A stretch of DNA of 64,000 bases from Chiloscyllium plagiosum (lineage: Eukaryota), in the NCBI RefSeq assembly GCF_004010195.1, contig NC_057752.1:15769348-15833347 (forward strand), in the 5' to 3' direction. This document shows positions 12,710 to 26,236 of the stretch, in pieces. Below the pieces are notes generated by a model that was not told the DNA's origin, ran no database searches, and worked only from the letters and a program-made list of their open reading frames with translations. Both the position numbers and the translations under genes were made by a program. Every line of letters begins with the position of its first letter. The stretch's first letter is position 1.

Positions 12710-14712
12710 GAGGAAGATATAGAATGCGTGAGCCGTGGTTTACTAAGGAAGTGGAATCCCTGGTCAAGAAGAAGAAGGCTTATGTTAGGACAAAATGTGA
12801 AAACTCAGGGCGCTTGAGGGTTACAAGGAAGTCAGGAAAGACCTAAAAAGAGAGCTCAGAAGAGCCAGGAGGAGACATGAGAAGTTGTTGGCGGATAGGA
12901 TCAAGGTTAACCCTAAGGCTTTCCATAGGTATGTCAGGACTAAAAGAATGACGAGAGTTAAATCAGGGCCAATCAAGGATAACAGTGGGAAGTTGTGTGT
13001 GGAGTTAGAGGAGATAGAAGAAGCACTAAATAAATATTTTTCGACAGTGTTCACTATAGAAAATGAAAATGTTGGCGAGGAAGATACAGAGATACTTGCA
13101 TCTAGACTAGAAGAGATTGAGGTTCACAAGGAAGAGGTATTAGAAATACTGCAGAGTGTGAAAATAGACAAGTCCCCTGGACCAGATGGGATTTATCCTA
13201 GGATCCTCTGGGAAGCAAGGGAAGAGATTGCCGAGCCTTTGGCATTGATCTTCAAATCATCATTGTCTACAGGAATAGTGCCTGAGGACTGGAGGATAGC
13301 AAATGTGGTTCCCTTGTTCAAAAAGGGTAGTAGAGACAACCCTGGTAATTACAGACCAGTGAGTCTCACCTTCAGTTGTTGGTAAAGTGTTGAAAAAGGT
13401 TATAAGAGATAGAATTTATAACCATCTAGAAAAGAATAATCTGATCAAGGACAGTCAGCATGGTTTTGTGAAGGGTAGGTCATGCCTAACGAATCTTATT
13501 GAGGTTTTTGACAAAGTGCCCAACAGGTAGATGAGAGTAAACCGGTTGATGTGGTGTATATGGATTTCAGCAAGGCGTTCGATAAGGTACCCCACAGTAG
13601 GCTATTATACAAAATGCGGAGGAATGGGATTGTGGGAGACATAGCAGTTTGGATCAGTAATTGGCTTGCTGAAAGAAAACAGAGGGTTGTAGTTGATGGA
13701 ACATGTTCATCTTGGTGTCCAGTTACTAGCGGCGTACCTCAAGGGTCGGTATTGTGTCCACTGCTGTTCGTCATTTTTATAAATGACTTGGATGAGGGCT
13801 TAGAAGGGTGGGTTAGTAAATTTGCGGACGACACTAAGGTTGGTGGAGTTGTGGATAGTGACAAACGATGTAGTAGGTTGCAGAGAGACATAGATAGGAT
13901 GCAGAGCTGGGCTGAGAGGTGGCAAATGGAGTTTAATGTGGACAAATGTGAGGTGATACACTTTGGACGGAGTAATCGGAATGCAAAGTACTGGGCTAAT
14001 GGTAAGATTCTTGGGAGTGCAGATGAGTAGAGAGATCTCGGTGTCCATGTACACAGATCCCTGAAAGTTGCCACCCAGATTGACAGGGTTGTTAATAAGG
14101 CATACAGTGTTTTGGCCTTTATTAATCGAGGGATTGAGTTCTGGAACCAGGAGGTTATGCTGTAACTGTACAAAGCTCTGGTACGGCCACACTTGGAGTA
14201 TTGTGTACAGTTCTGGTCACCGCATTATAAGGAGTGGAAGCTTTGAAAAGGGTGCAGAGGAGATTTACTAGGATGTTGCCTGGTATGGAAGGAATGTCTT
14301 ATGAGGAAAGGCTGAGGGCCTTGAGGCTGTTCTCATTAGAGAGAAGGTTGAGAGGTGACTTAATAGAAACATACAAGATAATCAGAGGGTTAGATAGGGT
14401 GTACAGGGAGAGCCATTTTCCAAGTATGGCGACGGCAAACACGAGGGGACACAACTTTAAAGTGAGGGGAGGTAGGTATAAGACAGATCACAGAAATAGT
14501 TTCTTTACTCAGAGAGTAGTAAGGGTATGGAATGTTTTGCCTGCTACGGTAGTAGATTCGCCAAGTTTAAGTGATTTAAGTTGTCATTGGACAGGCATAT
14601 GGATGAACATGGAATAGTGTAGGTGGGATGGGTTTCAGATTAATATGACAGGGCGGTGCAACATCGAGGGCCGAAGAGCCTGTACTGCGCTGTAATGTTC
14701 TATGTTCTATGT
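12710..14712 (+). mobile_element. CR1 LINE (5'-truncated) inserted into the L1 RT
   Basis: Splits L1 ILKKG|PEDCASYRP; own motifs KSPGPDG, YMDFSKAFD, GVPQGSVL, KFADD; (tgttcta)n tail. Confidence 0.92.
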
Positions 14713-17221
14713 TCCTGAGGATTGTGCCTCATACAGGCCCATCTCTCTATTAAATTCAGATTTCAAGATTCTGTCTAAGATCATGGTGCTGAGACTGGAA
14801 AAGGTCTTGCCCCATATTGTTAAAGAGGGCCAGATAGGCTTTATTAGGGGCCGTAAATACTCTAATAACATTAGAAGGTTGCTGAATGTGGTCCAAGTTT
14901 GTCAACAACGATCAATTCAAGGGTTGGTGATTTCCTTAGATGCAGAGAAAGCATTTGACCGAGTGGAATGGCCATATCTTTTTTATGTCTTAGAATGGTT
15001 TGGAGTCTTTGCTAGGTGGGTGGAGGTTTTATATCACCATCCTCGAGCCGCGGCCATCGCCAATGGGGTGAAGTCTGGGAATTTTAGGATTGGTAGGGGT
15101 AGTCGGCAAGGCTGCCCTCTCTCACCATTGTTGTTTACGTTGGTGATAGAGCCGCTGGCAGAGGCCATTCGTCAGAACGTCCACATAACTGCTCCGGAAG
15201 TGGGATCGAGGGCACACAAGATTACACTGTATGTGGATGATGTCCTTCTGTTTTTATTGAACCCAATGACCTCCATACTCCATTTGATACAATGTATCAA
15301 TTCTTTTGGGGCTATTTCAGGAAATAAAATTAACTTTGCAAAATCGGAGGCTATGCTTTTGGGGAACATCAAAGATGTGCCAATAGTTGAAGGCGGCCCT
15401 AAGTTCCCTTTTAAGTGGTCACGGGCAGGGTTCCAACACCTAGGCATTTTTATTACCCCCAAGTTAGATCTGTTATTTCGGGCTAACTTTGCTCACTTGC
15501 TCGACAATATTAAGCGAGATCTCCAGAGATGGGAGACTCTTCCAATTTCATGGCTGGGCCGAATATCTCTCATTAAGATGGATGTTCTTCCTCATTTGCT
15601 TTATCCTATGCGTATGCTCCCTATAATATTTCCCAGGTCAACGCTGCGGAAGCTTATGGGATGGTTTGGTTCCTTTGTCTGGCATCGTGGGCGGCCCCTC
15701 ATCAAACTTATTAAATTGCAGTTGCCTCAAGGAGGGGGAAGAGTTGACTTTCCAGACATCAGGAGGTATCAATTGAGTTCCCTGTTGTCTTTTGTCTGCG
15801 ATTGGGTAGGTAACACTCCAAACTCAATATGGCTGGATATCGAGGCCTGCCAGGCAAAGTGCCCTCTTATTAACCTGTTGTTCATGGATAAGATGAGGAC
15901 GGTTATGGACCACTGCCGGAACCCCATTGTCATTAGTACAGTCAAGGCGATGCGTCAGAGTTAGGGTTGCTTATCCAAGACTTCGCCACTTACACTTATA
16001 GTTAGCATGCCAGGGTTCCAATCAGGGATGATGGACTCAGGGTTCCAGCTATGGGCAGCGAGAGGAATTTCTAGCTTGGGAGACTTGTTTGAGGGGGAGG
16101 TTATGATGTCTTTTGAGCAACTGAGCCGCAAATACGGGTTGCCCAGAAGAGACCTTTTCCGTTTTTTCAGTTTAGGAATTTCATCCAGAAGAAGATTACG
16201 CTTTTCACTAAGCCCTATAAGCCCGATACAGAGGGGTTGTTGCTACATTCCACAAGCACCCTTTCGGTTAGTGCCCGCTATCACCTGCTGGGTGGCAGGG
16301 CCTGGCAGGGTATTAACCGATTATGGAGCAAGATCTAGGAGTGGAGGTCTCTACTGAAACATGGGAGAACATATGGGAGAATGCTCGAAAGAATTCAATC
16401 TGTATTGGACATGCGCTATGTAGTTAAAAGTTCTGCACAGGGTTCATCTGGCACCGGACCGTCTGGTGAAGTTTAAAAAAGGGGCATCTTCAATGTGCGC
16501 CAAATGTATAATAAATGTAGGTACTCTTACCCATTGCTTCTGGACATGCCATAGGCTCCATGTTTATTGGAGCGCTGTGGCGGGAGAGATAGGGAGGGTG
16601 TTGTGGACTGAAGTCAAAGTAGACCCGATATCTCTCTTCTTAGGTCTACCAAATTTACCATCTATAGACGGGCATGGGAAGAAACTATTTAATATACTTG
16701 CATACTGTGCATGGAACAATATTCTNNNNNNNNNNNNNNNNNNNNNNNNNNNNNNNNNNNNNNNNNNNNNNNNNNNNNNNNNNNNNNNNNNNNNNNNNNN
16801 NNNNNNNNNNNNNNNNNNNNNNNNNNNNNNNNNNNNNNNNNNNNNNNNNNNNNNNNNNNNNNNNNNNNNNNNNNNNNNNNNNNNNNNNNNNNNNNNNNNN
16901 NNNNNNNNNNNNNNNNNNNNNNNNNNNNNNNNNNNNNNNNNNNNNNNNNNNNNNNNNNNNNNNNNNNNNNNNNNNNNNNNNNNNNNNNNNNNNNNNNNNN
17001 NNNNNNNNNNNNNNNNNNNNNNNNNNNNNNNNNNNNNNNNNNNNNNNNNNNNNNNNNNNNNNNNNNNNNNNNNNNNNNNNNNNNNNNNNNNNNNNNNNNN
17101 NNNNNNNNNNNNNNNNNNNNNNNNNNNNNNNNNNNNNNNNNNNNNNNNNNNNNNNNNNNNNNNNNNNNNNNNNNNNNNNNNNNNNNNNNNNNNNNNNNNN
17201 NNNNNNNNNNNNNNNNNNNNN

Positions 17222-17387
17222 CTCACCTTGACCTCCTTCCACCTATCGCATTTCCAACGCCCCTCCCCCAAGTCCCTCCTCCCAATCTTTTATCTTAGCC
17301 TGCTGAACACACTTTCCTCATTCCTGAAGAAGGGCTCATGCCCGAAACGTCGATTCTCCTGCTCCTTGGATGCTGCCTGACCTGCTA
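17222..17387 (+). mobile_element. Penelope family-1 terminal-repeat fragment inside the L1, next to an assembly gap
   Basis: Intact minimal hammerhead ttcCTGAAGAagggctcatgcccGAAACGTCga at ~17321-17353. Confidence 0.75.
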
Positions 17388-17962
17388 TCTGAGAACCCGC
17401 CAGGCTTGCTGGGATGGCAGAAATTAGTTATGGAGCACATTCCCTTGTACCTTTTTACAAACATAGTGTACTACACAACAGACTATTTTTATAAGACATG
17501 GCAGCCCTACTTGAGTTATTAAGATATTAACTAGGGCGTTTGTTTAACCAGGATGGTTAGGTTTGTCGAGCTCTGGGCCCTGGAGGGGGTCTCCTAAGTT
17601 AATACAGGTATATATACAATGCTCCTGTTCCTTTGCTTGGGAGCTTTGCGCCGAGCATAGCTATTCTGTATTCTGTGTTTGTTTTTTGATCTATTAGTTA
17701 TTTACTTATTTATTTGTGTTGCTTGCACTGTTTTAGGGTTTGTTTTGTATTATAGGGTAAATTGGTAGTTAGTAGACAGTAGTTGTATTGTAATTTGTGC
17801 TTTTTTCTTTTTATTATACTGGTATTTGTTATTCATTGCATTTTTCAATAATCTTATGTTTGTAAAGTTAAATCAATTTACTAATAAATATATTCATAAA
17901 ACAAAACGCCACTTCCCATCTCTCTTGCTTCCCTTTATGTCCTTCCTGTAACATTTGTATCC

Positions 17963-18945
17963 TGGTGACTTGGTCATGTGGATTCAGAATTGGCTTGCCC
18001 AAAGAAGGCAGAGGGGAATGGTGGAAGGGTGTTTTACAGGCTGCAGGTCCATGATTAGTGGAGTTACACAGGGACTTAGACTGGGACCTCTGCTGTTTGT
18101 GATATGTATGAATGACTTAGATGAAAGTGTAGAGGGGTGGGTTAGTAAGCTTGCAGATTATAAAATCAGTGGAGGTGTGGCTAGTATAAAAGCTTGTCAA
18201 AGCATACAATAGGATATCGATCAGTTGCAGATATGGGTGGAAAAATGACACATGGAGTTTAATCCAGGTAAGAATGTGGTGTGCATTGGGAGATCAACAA
18301 AAAGCACTTGCCATGCTTGCCTTTATTGGTCAGGGAATTGAGTACAAGAGTGAGGATGTCATGCTGCAGATTTATAAGACTTTGGTTCAGCCACACTTAG
18401 AGTATTGCATTCAATCTGGTTGCCACGCTACAGGAAGGATGTGGAGGCTTTGGAGAGAGTGCAGAAGAGGTCTATCAAGATGATACCCAGATTAGAGGTA
18501 TGAGCTCTAAGGAGAAGCTAGAGAAAACTCAAGTTGTTTTCTCTGGAGTGGCAGAGGCTGAGGGGAGATTTGATAGAAGTCTATAAAATTATGAGATACA
18601 TTGATAGGGTTAACAGTCAGTATCTTTGTCCCAGCACTGAAATGTCACATACGAGGGGGCATGCATTTAAGGTTAGAGGGGGAAAGTTCAAAGGAGACAT
18701 GAGAGACTAGTTTTTACACAGAGAGTGGTAGGAGTCTGGAACACACTGCCAGGGGTGGTGGGGAGGCAGATTCAATTGGAGTATTTAAGGGACTTTTAGA
18801 TAAGCACATGAATATCAACAAAATGGATGAATATGGACCAATGGCAGGAAGAAAGGATTATTTCATTTGGTGTCATGTTTGGCAAAATATTGTGGGCTGA
18901 AGGACCTGCTCCTTTGCTGTACTATTCTGTGTTCTATGTTCTATA
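17963..18945 (+). mobile_element. CR1 LINE RT and 3' end
   Basis: WIQNWL, GPLLFVI..NDLD, LVQPHLEYC; ttctatgttcta tail. Confidence 0.88.
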
Positions 18946-19539
18946 CTCAACCCTCATACATCTAAGACGAACATACCATTAGCCTTCCTAACTGCTTGCT
19001 GCATTTGCTTTGCTTGCTTTCAATGACTGGTGAACGAGGTCTCTTTGTTTGTCAACATTTCCCAATCTTTCACCACTTAAATAGTACTCTGCCATTCTGT
19101 TTATCGTACCAGATAATTCATTTACCCATGCTAGAGTGTATTTGCCATGTATTTGCCCACTCACTCAACTCGTTTAAATCACCTGAAGACTCTTTTATAT
19201 TGTCGTCACCATTCAGGCTTTCACCTGGTTTGTTATGATAAAAACCTTTATAAATATTACTTTTGATTCCCTCATCGCAATGATTAATGTATGTTGTGGA
19301 CAGCTGGGGTCCAAACATTCATCCCTGCAGCATCCCACTGGTCAGCACCTCCCACTCCAAAAATGACCCATTTGTTTTTACTCTCTGTTTTCTGTCAGCC
19401 AAGCCTTAATCCAAGCCAGAACATTTTCACCAACCATGTGTGCTTTCATTTTTCTAACCAATCTCCTATGTTTCTGACGAAGGATCACTGGAGTTAAAAT
19501 GCTAACTCTGTTTCTGTCGACAGTTGCTGCAGAATCTGC

Positions 19540-20720
19540 TGTGTTTTCCAGGCGTGTTTGCGCCTATGAGGGACTTCATCAAAACTCTTCTGAAACCCAA
19601 GTTTGCTCTGTCAATCTAGTCCTCATTAATTTGGTTAGTAATATCGTCAAACAATCTTCATGCATTCGTCAAACACTATTTTCCCCTCACAATCGAACAG
19701 TGACGACGTCATGCCAGAAGGCTGTTAAGACACAAAAACAAACAGAAATTGCTGGAGAAACTCAGCAAGTCTGGCAGGATCTGTCGAGAGAAAGCAGAGT
19801 CAGCGTTTTGGGTCCAGTGACCCTCTCTTCATGATTGTTAACGGTTACGTTGGGTGAAACATATTTTCTCATTGGCCTCTGTGGGTCTGGGATGTTGCCC
19901 TTTTAAATGACGCTGAAACAGATATCGGGTTCCCATAGACCAAAGCAGCTAATTAAAGATCTTGTGATTACTCCCAGCCAAGAAAGTTCAACGGCAGTGC
20001 CAAAGGTGTTGATATGGTTTCAACCTCCTTTCCTGTTCAGAATCAAAGTTAATAATTTACAAGATCGACAGCAGATGCCGGTAGAGAGGGGAGATCGAGC
20101 TTCAGTGTTTTAATGTTAAGGACTGGTGAAAATATCGGTCTCACCACCCCAACTCCCTCGTCTTCTGCCTGGTCCAGGGAGATTTGGCAGAGTTCCAGAG
20201 GACAACTGTCGCAGGTAAGATTGGGGGAAATCTTTCTCCCTTTTACTCAGGGTCGGGGACCCTATATGATTTGAGATTTTAAAACTCAAAATGTGATATC
20301 ATTAACCCTTACTCCTTCATTAGTCTGTGGGTTTTTGCAATCTCATAAAAGACTCTGCTCAGCCTCCCTCCGCAGCTCATTCACAATTTACCTACGTTTT
20401 TGAAAATAAATATTAAAGTCGTCAGCTATGGGCGTGACCTCTCCGTACAGTGTGTACACTCATAGCTGCACACTATCCACTGACCTTTGTCAATTACTGA
20501 CGAAACTAAAGACCATTTCAGCCGGAGTAAACTTTGCTGACTGAGAGACCTGGTTAATAGGACCAGGCATTTCAAAGAACTCAATTTGGGGGGGATTAAA
20601 AGGCAATACCCGCCTAGATTTCCCAGGTGAGTCTGGGTCTTGACAGCATATTGAACTCCGCATATTAACCGAAATACACACTGGAGGGGCGGAGAAACGC
20701 CACCAACAGACAAAACTTTC
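19540..20720 (+). promoter_or_regulatory. Locally CpG-enriched region, probable promoter and first exon of the espin-WH2 gene, with a splice donor at 20215
   Basis: More CpG than the flanks, gacgtca half-CRE near 19706, GC boxes near 20430 and 20686, strong donor cgcag|GTAAGA. Confidence 0.45.
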
Positions 20721-21625
20721 TTCATTTAGAATTAAATAGAGTTCTGGTCACTGGCCCGTGCTGTTAATATCCTGGAGACTTTGATCAGATTACCCCCTGA
20801 CATTCTAAACTCCAGAGGAAACATCTGATTTGTATAATCTCTCCCGTAATTTAATCCCTGGAGTCCAGATATCGTTCTTGTAAACCTACGTTGTACTCCC
20901 TCTAAGGCCTTTATATTTTTCCTATGGTGTGGTGCCCAGATCTGCTCACAGTACTCCACGTAAGGTCTAGCTAAGGTTTTGTATAACAGCAGCATAACTT
21001 CTGCATCCTTGTATTCCAGTTCTCTAGATACAGGAGCTGCCTTTCTTCACTAATTTATGCGCCTGTTTGTGACATTTAAAAATCTGCGCAGTTGAACCCA
21101 CAAGCCTCTTATTTAACTTCATACCATTTAGAAAATATCCTGATTTATTCCTTTTTGGTCCAAAATGCAAAGCTCAAACCCATCAGGCTGAAGCAAGTTG
21201 TTTCATTACGGTCCTTTCCATCAACGTTTACAAGATATACTGCAACAACTCACCACTGTTTCTTTAACAGTATCTCCCAGCCCTATCATCAAGAAGCTGA
21301 AAAGGCAGCAGGCACACCCAACCTGATTTAGAAATAGACAATCCTGGAGCCCCTGACCTAATAGCTTAACTATATGGAGTGCAAAGGTTCAACAAGGCAG
21401 CTTGCTGTCACAATCCAAAGGCCAATAAATGCTGGCCAGACCAACAATGCTCATCTCCCATAATGGACTTTTTAAAAATGTGTGCTAGTAACCAGTAAAA
21501 GGGACCATAAGGTATTTTTCTGTTTTGGTCTAGGCAGTATTTTGATGACTGTGTGTTAGTTACTGTCATTCAATCTCTCTTTCTCTAAAATCAAACTTTG
21601 GAGCAGAGTCTCACTTCAGTTTTTA

Positions 21626-21940
21626 ATTAGATTAGATTCCCTACAGTGTGCAAACAGGTCCTTCGGCCAACGAGTCCACACCAATCCTCTGAAGAGTAAC
21701 CCACCCAGACCCATTTCTCTTTGATGAATGCACCTAACACTATGGGCAATTTAAGTATGGCCAATTCACCTGACCTGCACATCTTTGGAGTGTGGGAGGA
21801 AACCGAAGCATCTGGAGAAAACCCACGCAGACACAGGCAGAATGTGTAAACTCCACACAGATAGTCGCCCAAGGCAGGAATTGAACCAGAGTCCCTGGTG
21901 CTGTGAGGCGGCAGTGCTAACCACTGAGTCACCGTGTCAC
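21626..21940 (-). mobile_element. HE1-type V-SINE
   Basis: Reverse complement of the 11489-11789 family. Confidence 0.88.
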
Positions 21941-22574
21941 CCAATTGTTAGACATCTTCAAGGGGAGATTTTGTTTTGTATTCCTTTTTAAACACGCTTT
22001 TTATTTCTAGTTTTTTCTCTTTCTCTGCTTTGTTTGACATCGAATTCATGCATACATATATATGTTATTTTTCATTTATGTGCTGTTTATTTCAGTTATT
22101 CAATCTGATTAATTAGGGAGATATGATGTTAACTTCCTTGTTAACTTGGGTCCTAGCTGTTTGTTTCCTTTGGTTCAATTAATGGCTTCCAGAGAAATTA
22201 TGAACCTAAATATGCAAGTTCAAATTTAATTTGTGTGTAAAGCGTTGCACGTTTTACGAAAGTGTTCTTCATACACCAGATAAATACAATCCAACTTATT
22301 CTGACAACTGAAGCCAAGCTGCATTTTAGAATATTGTTGAAGAAATGAATGTCATTGACACCTTCTAATTAGACAGTGTCCTGGAGCCTGTTGCAGTTTT
22401 CTACAGGAGCACTTCAGGCTACTGCTGGGTGCATCATCCATTAGATATGCATTTGTTATATAATGTTCCTTTGTATAACTACTGACAAGCTGAGTTGGAT
22501 TTTAACATTTCTGCAATGATCAGACATGGTGTAACAGTGACTAAATCTCTGTGGTGACCCATTGCTTAATCTGG

Positions 22575-22880
22575 GAGAAAGTGAGGACTGCAGATGCTGG
22601 AGATCAGAGCCAAGAATGGGGTGCTGGAAAAGCACAGCAAGTCAGGCAGCCTCTGAGGAGCAAGAGAATTCCCCATCATACTTGGGCATAAGTCCTTCAT
22701 CAAGAATTAGGCTTGTGGGCCGAGGGGGGTGAGAGATAAACAGGAGGGGGTGTGCAAGTTGGCTGGGAATGTGATGAAGGTGAGGGCAAAAGTGATAGGT
22801 CAGAGAGGAGGGTGGAGCAGATAGGTGGGAAGGAAGATGGACAGGTAGGACTGTTCAAGAGGGTGGTGCTGAGTTGGGAG
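22575..22880 (-). mobile_element. Penelope family-1 terminal-repeat fragment
   Basis: gaaagtgaggactgcagatgctggagatcagag... as in the other family-1 copies. Confidence 0.7.
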
Positions 22881-23668
22881 GGATATGTTACACTTTTGCT
22901 TTCATTAGTGAGTATTCATATGGAATTTACTATCAGAAAATGTCATTATAATGCTCATTTACAATTATCTTTTCAGAGCATCTTTTTCCAGTCTTTGTGA
23001 TGTGACAATATTGTTGAAATAGAGCTGCTCCACAATCTCAATTTTCCACTGTTATGGCACGATAACCAAATTTTATTGTCAAACTTTAACTTCAGACCCC
23101 AGTAGTGTGCTAATTGCATTTTGTGTTCCAAAAATTGCATGTTTCTCAATTTCTGGATTATTGATTGCACATTCATTATTATTTAATATATTTTTATATA
23201 ACACTGTTAGTGGTAGACAGTAAGACTGGAGCAGCAGTTGCCTGAATCAGTTTCTGGTGAGAAGTGATAAGAACCACATGCATTACTAAAGGATCTTAAT
23301 TTGGTGGGTTAAAGTCAATGATGAGACTCTATATTGTTGGATGAAAGATATGAACCAAGTCGGACGAGTCCATGATAGAGTACACATGGGTTGGAGTTTA
23401 GATGCAGCCTTGATGCCTTTTTTTATCACTTCTTACTTGGTGCTTTTGCTTGTATTTACTTTAGATATGTGACTGAGCACATGAAATATTCCTTGAATAT
23501 CTGTTGCAAACACATTGTGTGTTCTGATATCTTGTTTCAGAGGAAGCTACAGTTTCCTGCTTTTTAGAACAGTTGTATCTATACTGGAGAATTGATCACT
23601 GTCCGGAAAAGTTTGGAATAATTGCTACACTACCCTCAGTGCATGAGACATTTCCCACAAACAGAAAC

Positions 23669-23683
23669 ATGGATAAAGAAATG
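23669..23683 (+). CDS. Espin-related WH2 protein, first coding segment (MDKEM) within exon 23541-23683
   Basis: Acceptor tgtttcag| at 23540, aacATGG Kozak-like start, donor |GTAAGA at 23684, phase 0 compatible with the next exon. The whole exon is also open in this frame, so the true start may lie upstream. Confidence 0.55.
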
Positions 23684-24164
23684 GTAAGATTGTTTTAAAA
23701 CTAGCTACTGATGTCAATAAATGTTGCTGTTAGTCTGTTATTGAATACCCAGCTGCTTTGCTATTGATGATTGTGGTGGCTGGAGGAGTCTGCTGTCGTT
23801 ACTCAGATGGGTATGATATAACTGCAATGCTGTGAAAATGTGGTTTACTCTTAATGTCACTGTTCAAAGGGAATTGTATAAACCATATCTTCTGCACCAG
23901 TTTAAGGTGATGACCCACCAACACCTGCTAAAGGGGTGCAAGAAATAATGATCCTTGAATTCCAGTGGTAGGAATAAGGTACCCTTCAGATCTGCCACCT
24001 AATCACAGACTGTCCAACGAGCTGCCAAAGGATCATGGCCTTGTGGTATTAGCTTAGACTGTTCCTACCTTAGGCCCAGGTGTTGTGTTGGAGGCCCAGA
24101 TTTGAACCTCCTGACCGATTGTGCAATATGAAGTTAGTAAAACGATGACCATAAAACTTTTTGT

Positions 24165-24960
24165 TTTTGTTCGTTCGTGGGATGTTCATTGCTGGCTGGC
24201 TAGCATTTTTGTTGCCTGACCTGGTTGCCCTGAGAAGGTGATGGTGAGCTGTTTCTTGAACCATTGCAGTCCACATGCTGTGGTTTGACCTACAATGCCA
24301 TTAGGGAGGGAATTCTAGGATTTTGACCCAGTGACAGTGAAGGAATAGAGATCTATTTCCAAGTCATAATAGTGAGTGGCTTAGAGAAGCTGCAGGTGGT
24401 GGTGTTCCTTGTTTTTACTGCCTTTGTCTTTCTAGAGGGAAGTGGACAAGAGTTTGGAAGTTGGTGTCTAAGAATCTTTGGTGAATTTCTGCAGTGTGTC
24501 TTGTAGATAGTACATACTGCTGCTACTGAGTGTCAGTGATGGAAAGAGTTGGATGTTGGTGGAAGTGGTGCCAATCAAGTGGATTGCTTTGTTCTGGATG
24601 GAGTCGAGCTTCTTGAAAGTTGTTAAAGCTGCCCCCATCCAGGGCAAGTGGAGAGTATTCCATCACACTTCTGACTTGTGCTTTGGGGATTCAGGAGATT
24701 TTACTCGCTGCATTATTCCTAGCCTTTGACCTGTTCTTGTAGCTGCTGCATTTATGTGGTGAGTCCAGTGAGTTTCTAATCAATGGTAATCCCAAGTATG
24801 TTGATAGTCAGAGATTCAGAAATAGTATCACTTTTGAATGTCAATGTTAAATTCTTTCTTGTTGATGATGGAGATTGCTTGCATTTGTGGTGCAAATTTT
24901 ACTTGCCACTTGTCAACTGGATATTGTGTAGATCTTGTTTCATTTGAACATAGACGCATT
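24165..24960 (-). mobile_element. 3' fragment of the same LINE family as 27950-32780
   Basis: Reverse complement matches 31981-32780 (ttgacaccatccag, gttcaagaa, cagcatttattgcc-like tail). Confidence 0.8.
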
Positions 24961-25465
24961 TCAATCAATGGGGAGCCATGACCAATGCTGATCCAGCAGA
25001 ACCAACATCTATTGTCTTTATTTGCTCTGGCCTACATGCGGATCCAGATCAGAGTAACGTGGGTGACTTTTGGTGGCAGTTGCCCTCCGGACCATAAACG
25101 ATGGCTTTGCCTACATTGCACACAACTCATGAATGAATTTTCAAAAAAATTACGCCTGCACAAAGATATGAGACCATAGTAAGTTTAACCCTTCAAATGA
25201 CTTCTCACTGGCACCTGGACTTCAGATGCACATTAGTGGATCAGTCTTTTGTCTGAACAGCAAAAAGAGGTATTTGTGTGAACGCTGACATGTTTTACCT
25301 ACTTTTTTGCAATGTTGGACTGCTCTATCGTTAGAATGAAATAACTTGATGTAGTTTAACTGGAAGGTCACCATACCTCAGGTGAGGAGATAAGTTGAGA
25401 AAGAGAATCCTTAATAATAACTTCAGTTTGTGCAGAAATTGAACCCACACTGTTGGCATCAGTCT

Positions 25466-26236
25466 TGCTGCAACACGGGTGAAGCCCTCTGTTAATTAAA
25501 CCAAACACCCAGAAGAATCCCCCTCTCCTTGGAATCAGTTAAAATGGGAGTGATTGAGAACTCTCAAATTGTACTATTTAAAGAAAATAACTTCAATTTA
25601 TTTTTTAACTGAGTGAACATTAAACAACAATTCTCAATTCTAAGCCCCCTTTCTCTTAACTGTTTATTATCTGCCTCCAGCTCTAACAATATGCTGTTCC
25701 AATAAGACACTTATTAAAATTACATCAACTTAATTTCAAAACCACACAGCTATTCTCATCTTCTGTGATGCCACTCTTCCGAATGCTGACTATCCTGGGT
25801 CGTCATCTTTCTTTTTACTTTGAGAATGTTTCATATGAAAAAGTACCTTTTTGACAGAGAGTGTTTCCTAATGTCTCAGAGAGCAAGATGTTAGCTCTCC
25901 ATGTGTTTCTGTCTCGATGGTGGTTGCTCTCTGACCAATTTTCAAAAGGCCTGCATTTTATGCCTCCCTAACATTGGATCATTTCATTGTTGGCAAAATA
26001 ATAAATTCAAACTTGATTGGATTTTAGTATTCTGGGGAATAACTTGAACTGGTTAAATTCAAATTCTCAAAACAGCAACCAAAAACTCTGGTATCCCTTT
26101 CACAGATAAATGTTACATGTTATCAATTTTTCAGGACTCGCTGGGACTGCCAACTAGTCATATCACTTGTAATCTCTCCATTCAGAGCAGCATTTCTTCT
26201 CCTAAATGTACAGTACACACTTTCAACCTCATAACA
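25466..26236 (-). mobile_element. Solo LTR inserted in an older tRNA-derived SINE
   Basis: TG...TAACA termini, imperfect 4-bp TSD (gtct/ctct), colinear with 31268-31976. Confidence 0.75.

Larger units (their letters stand above)
9233..17902 (+). mobile_element. Full-length L1-clade LINE (decayed): 5'UTR, ORF1 ~9397-10277, T-rich spacer, ORF2 from ~10850, 3'UTR and A-rich tail
   Basis: 12-bp TSD aaaacgccactt (9221-9232, 17903-17914); ORF1 LENR..R.NLR...FPEGEE; ORF2 GGDF, RID, GPDGLPGEFYK, YRPISLLNSDFKIL, LDAEKAFDRVEW, GSRQGCPLSPLLF, YVDD, C-terminal C..C..TLTHCFWTC; AATAAA at 17883. Confidence 0.93.

Noticed and set aside
14702-15964. 420-aa RT ORF as a possible domesticated or active gene
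   Set aside because: It is an internal piece of L1 ORF2, split by a CR1 insertion and flanked by stops and frameshifts
16466-17380. Long ORFs spanning 16726-17221
   Set aside because: Artefacts of translating through an N gap
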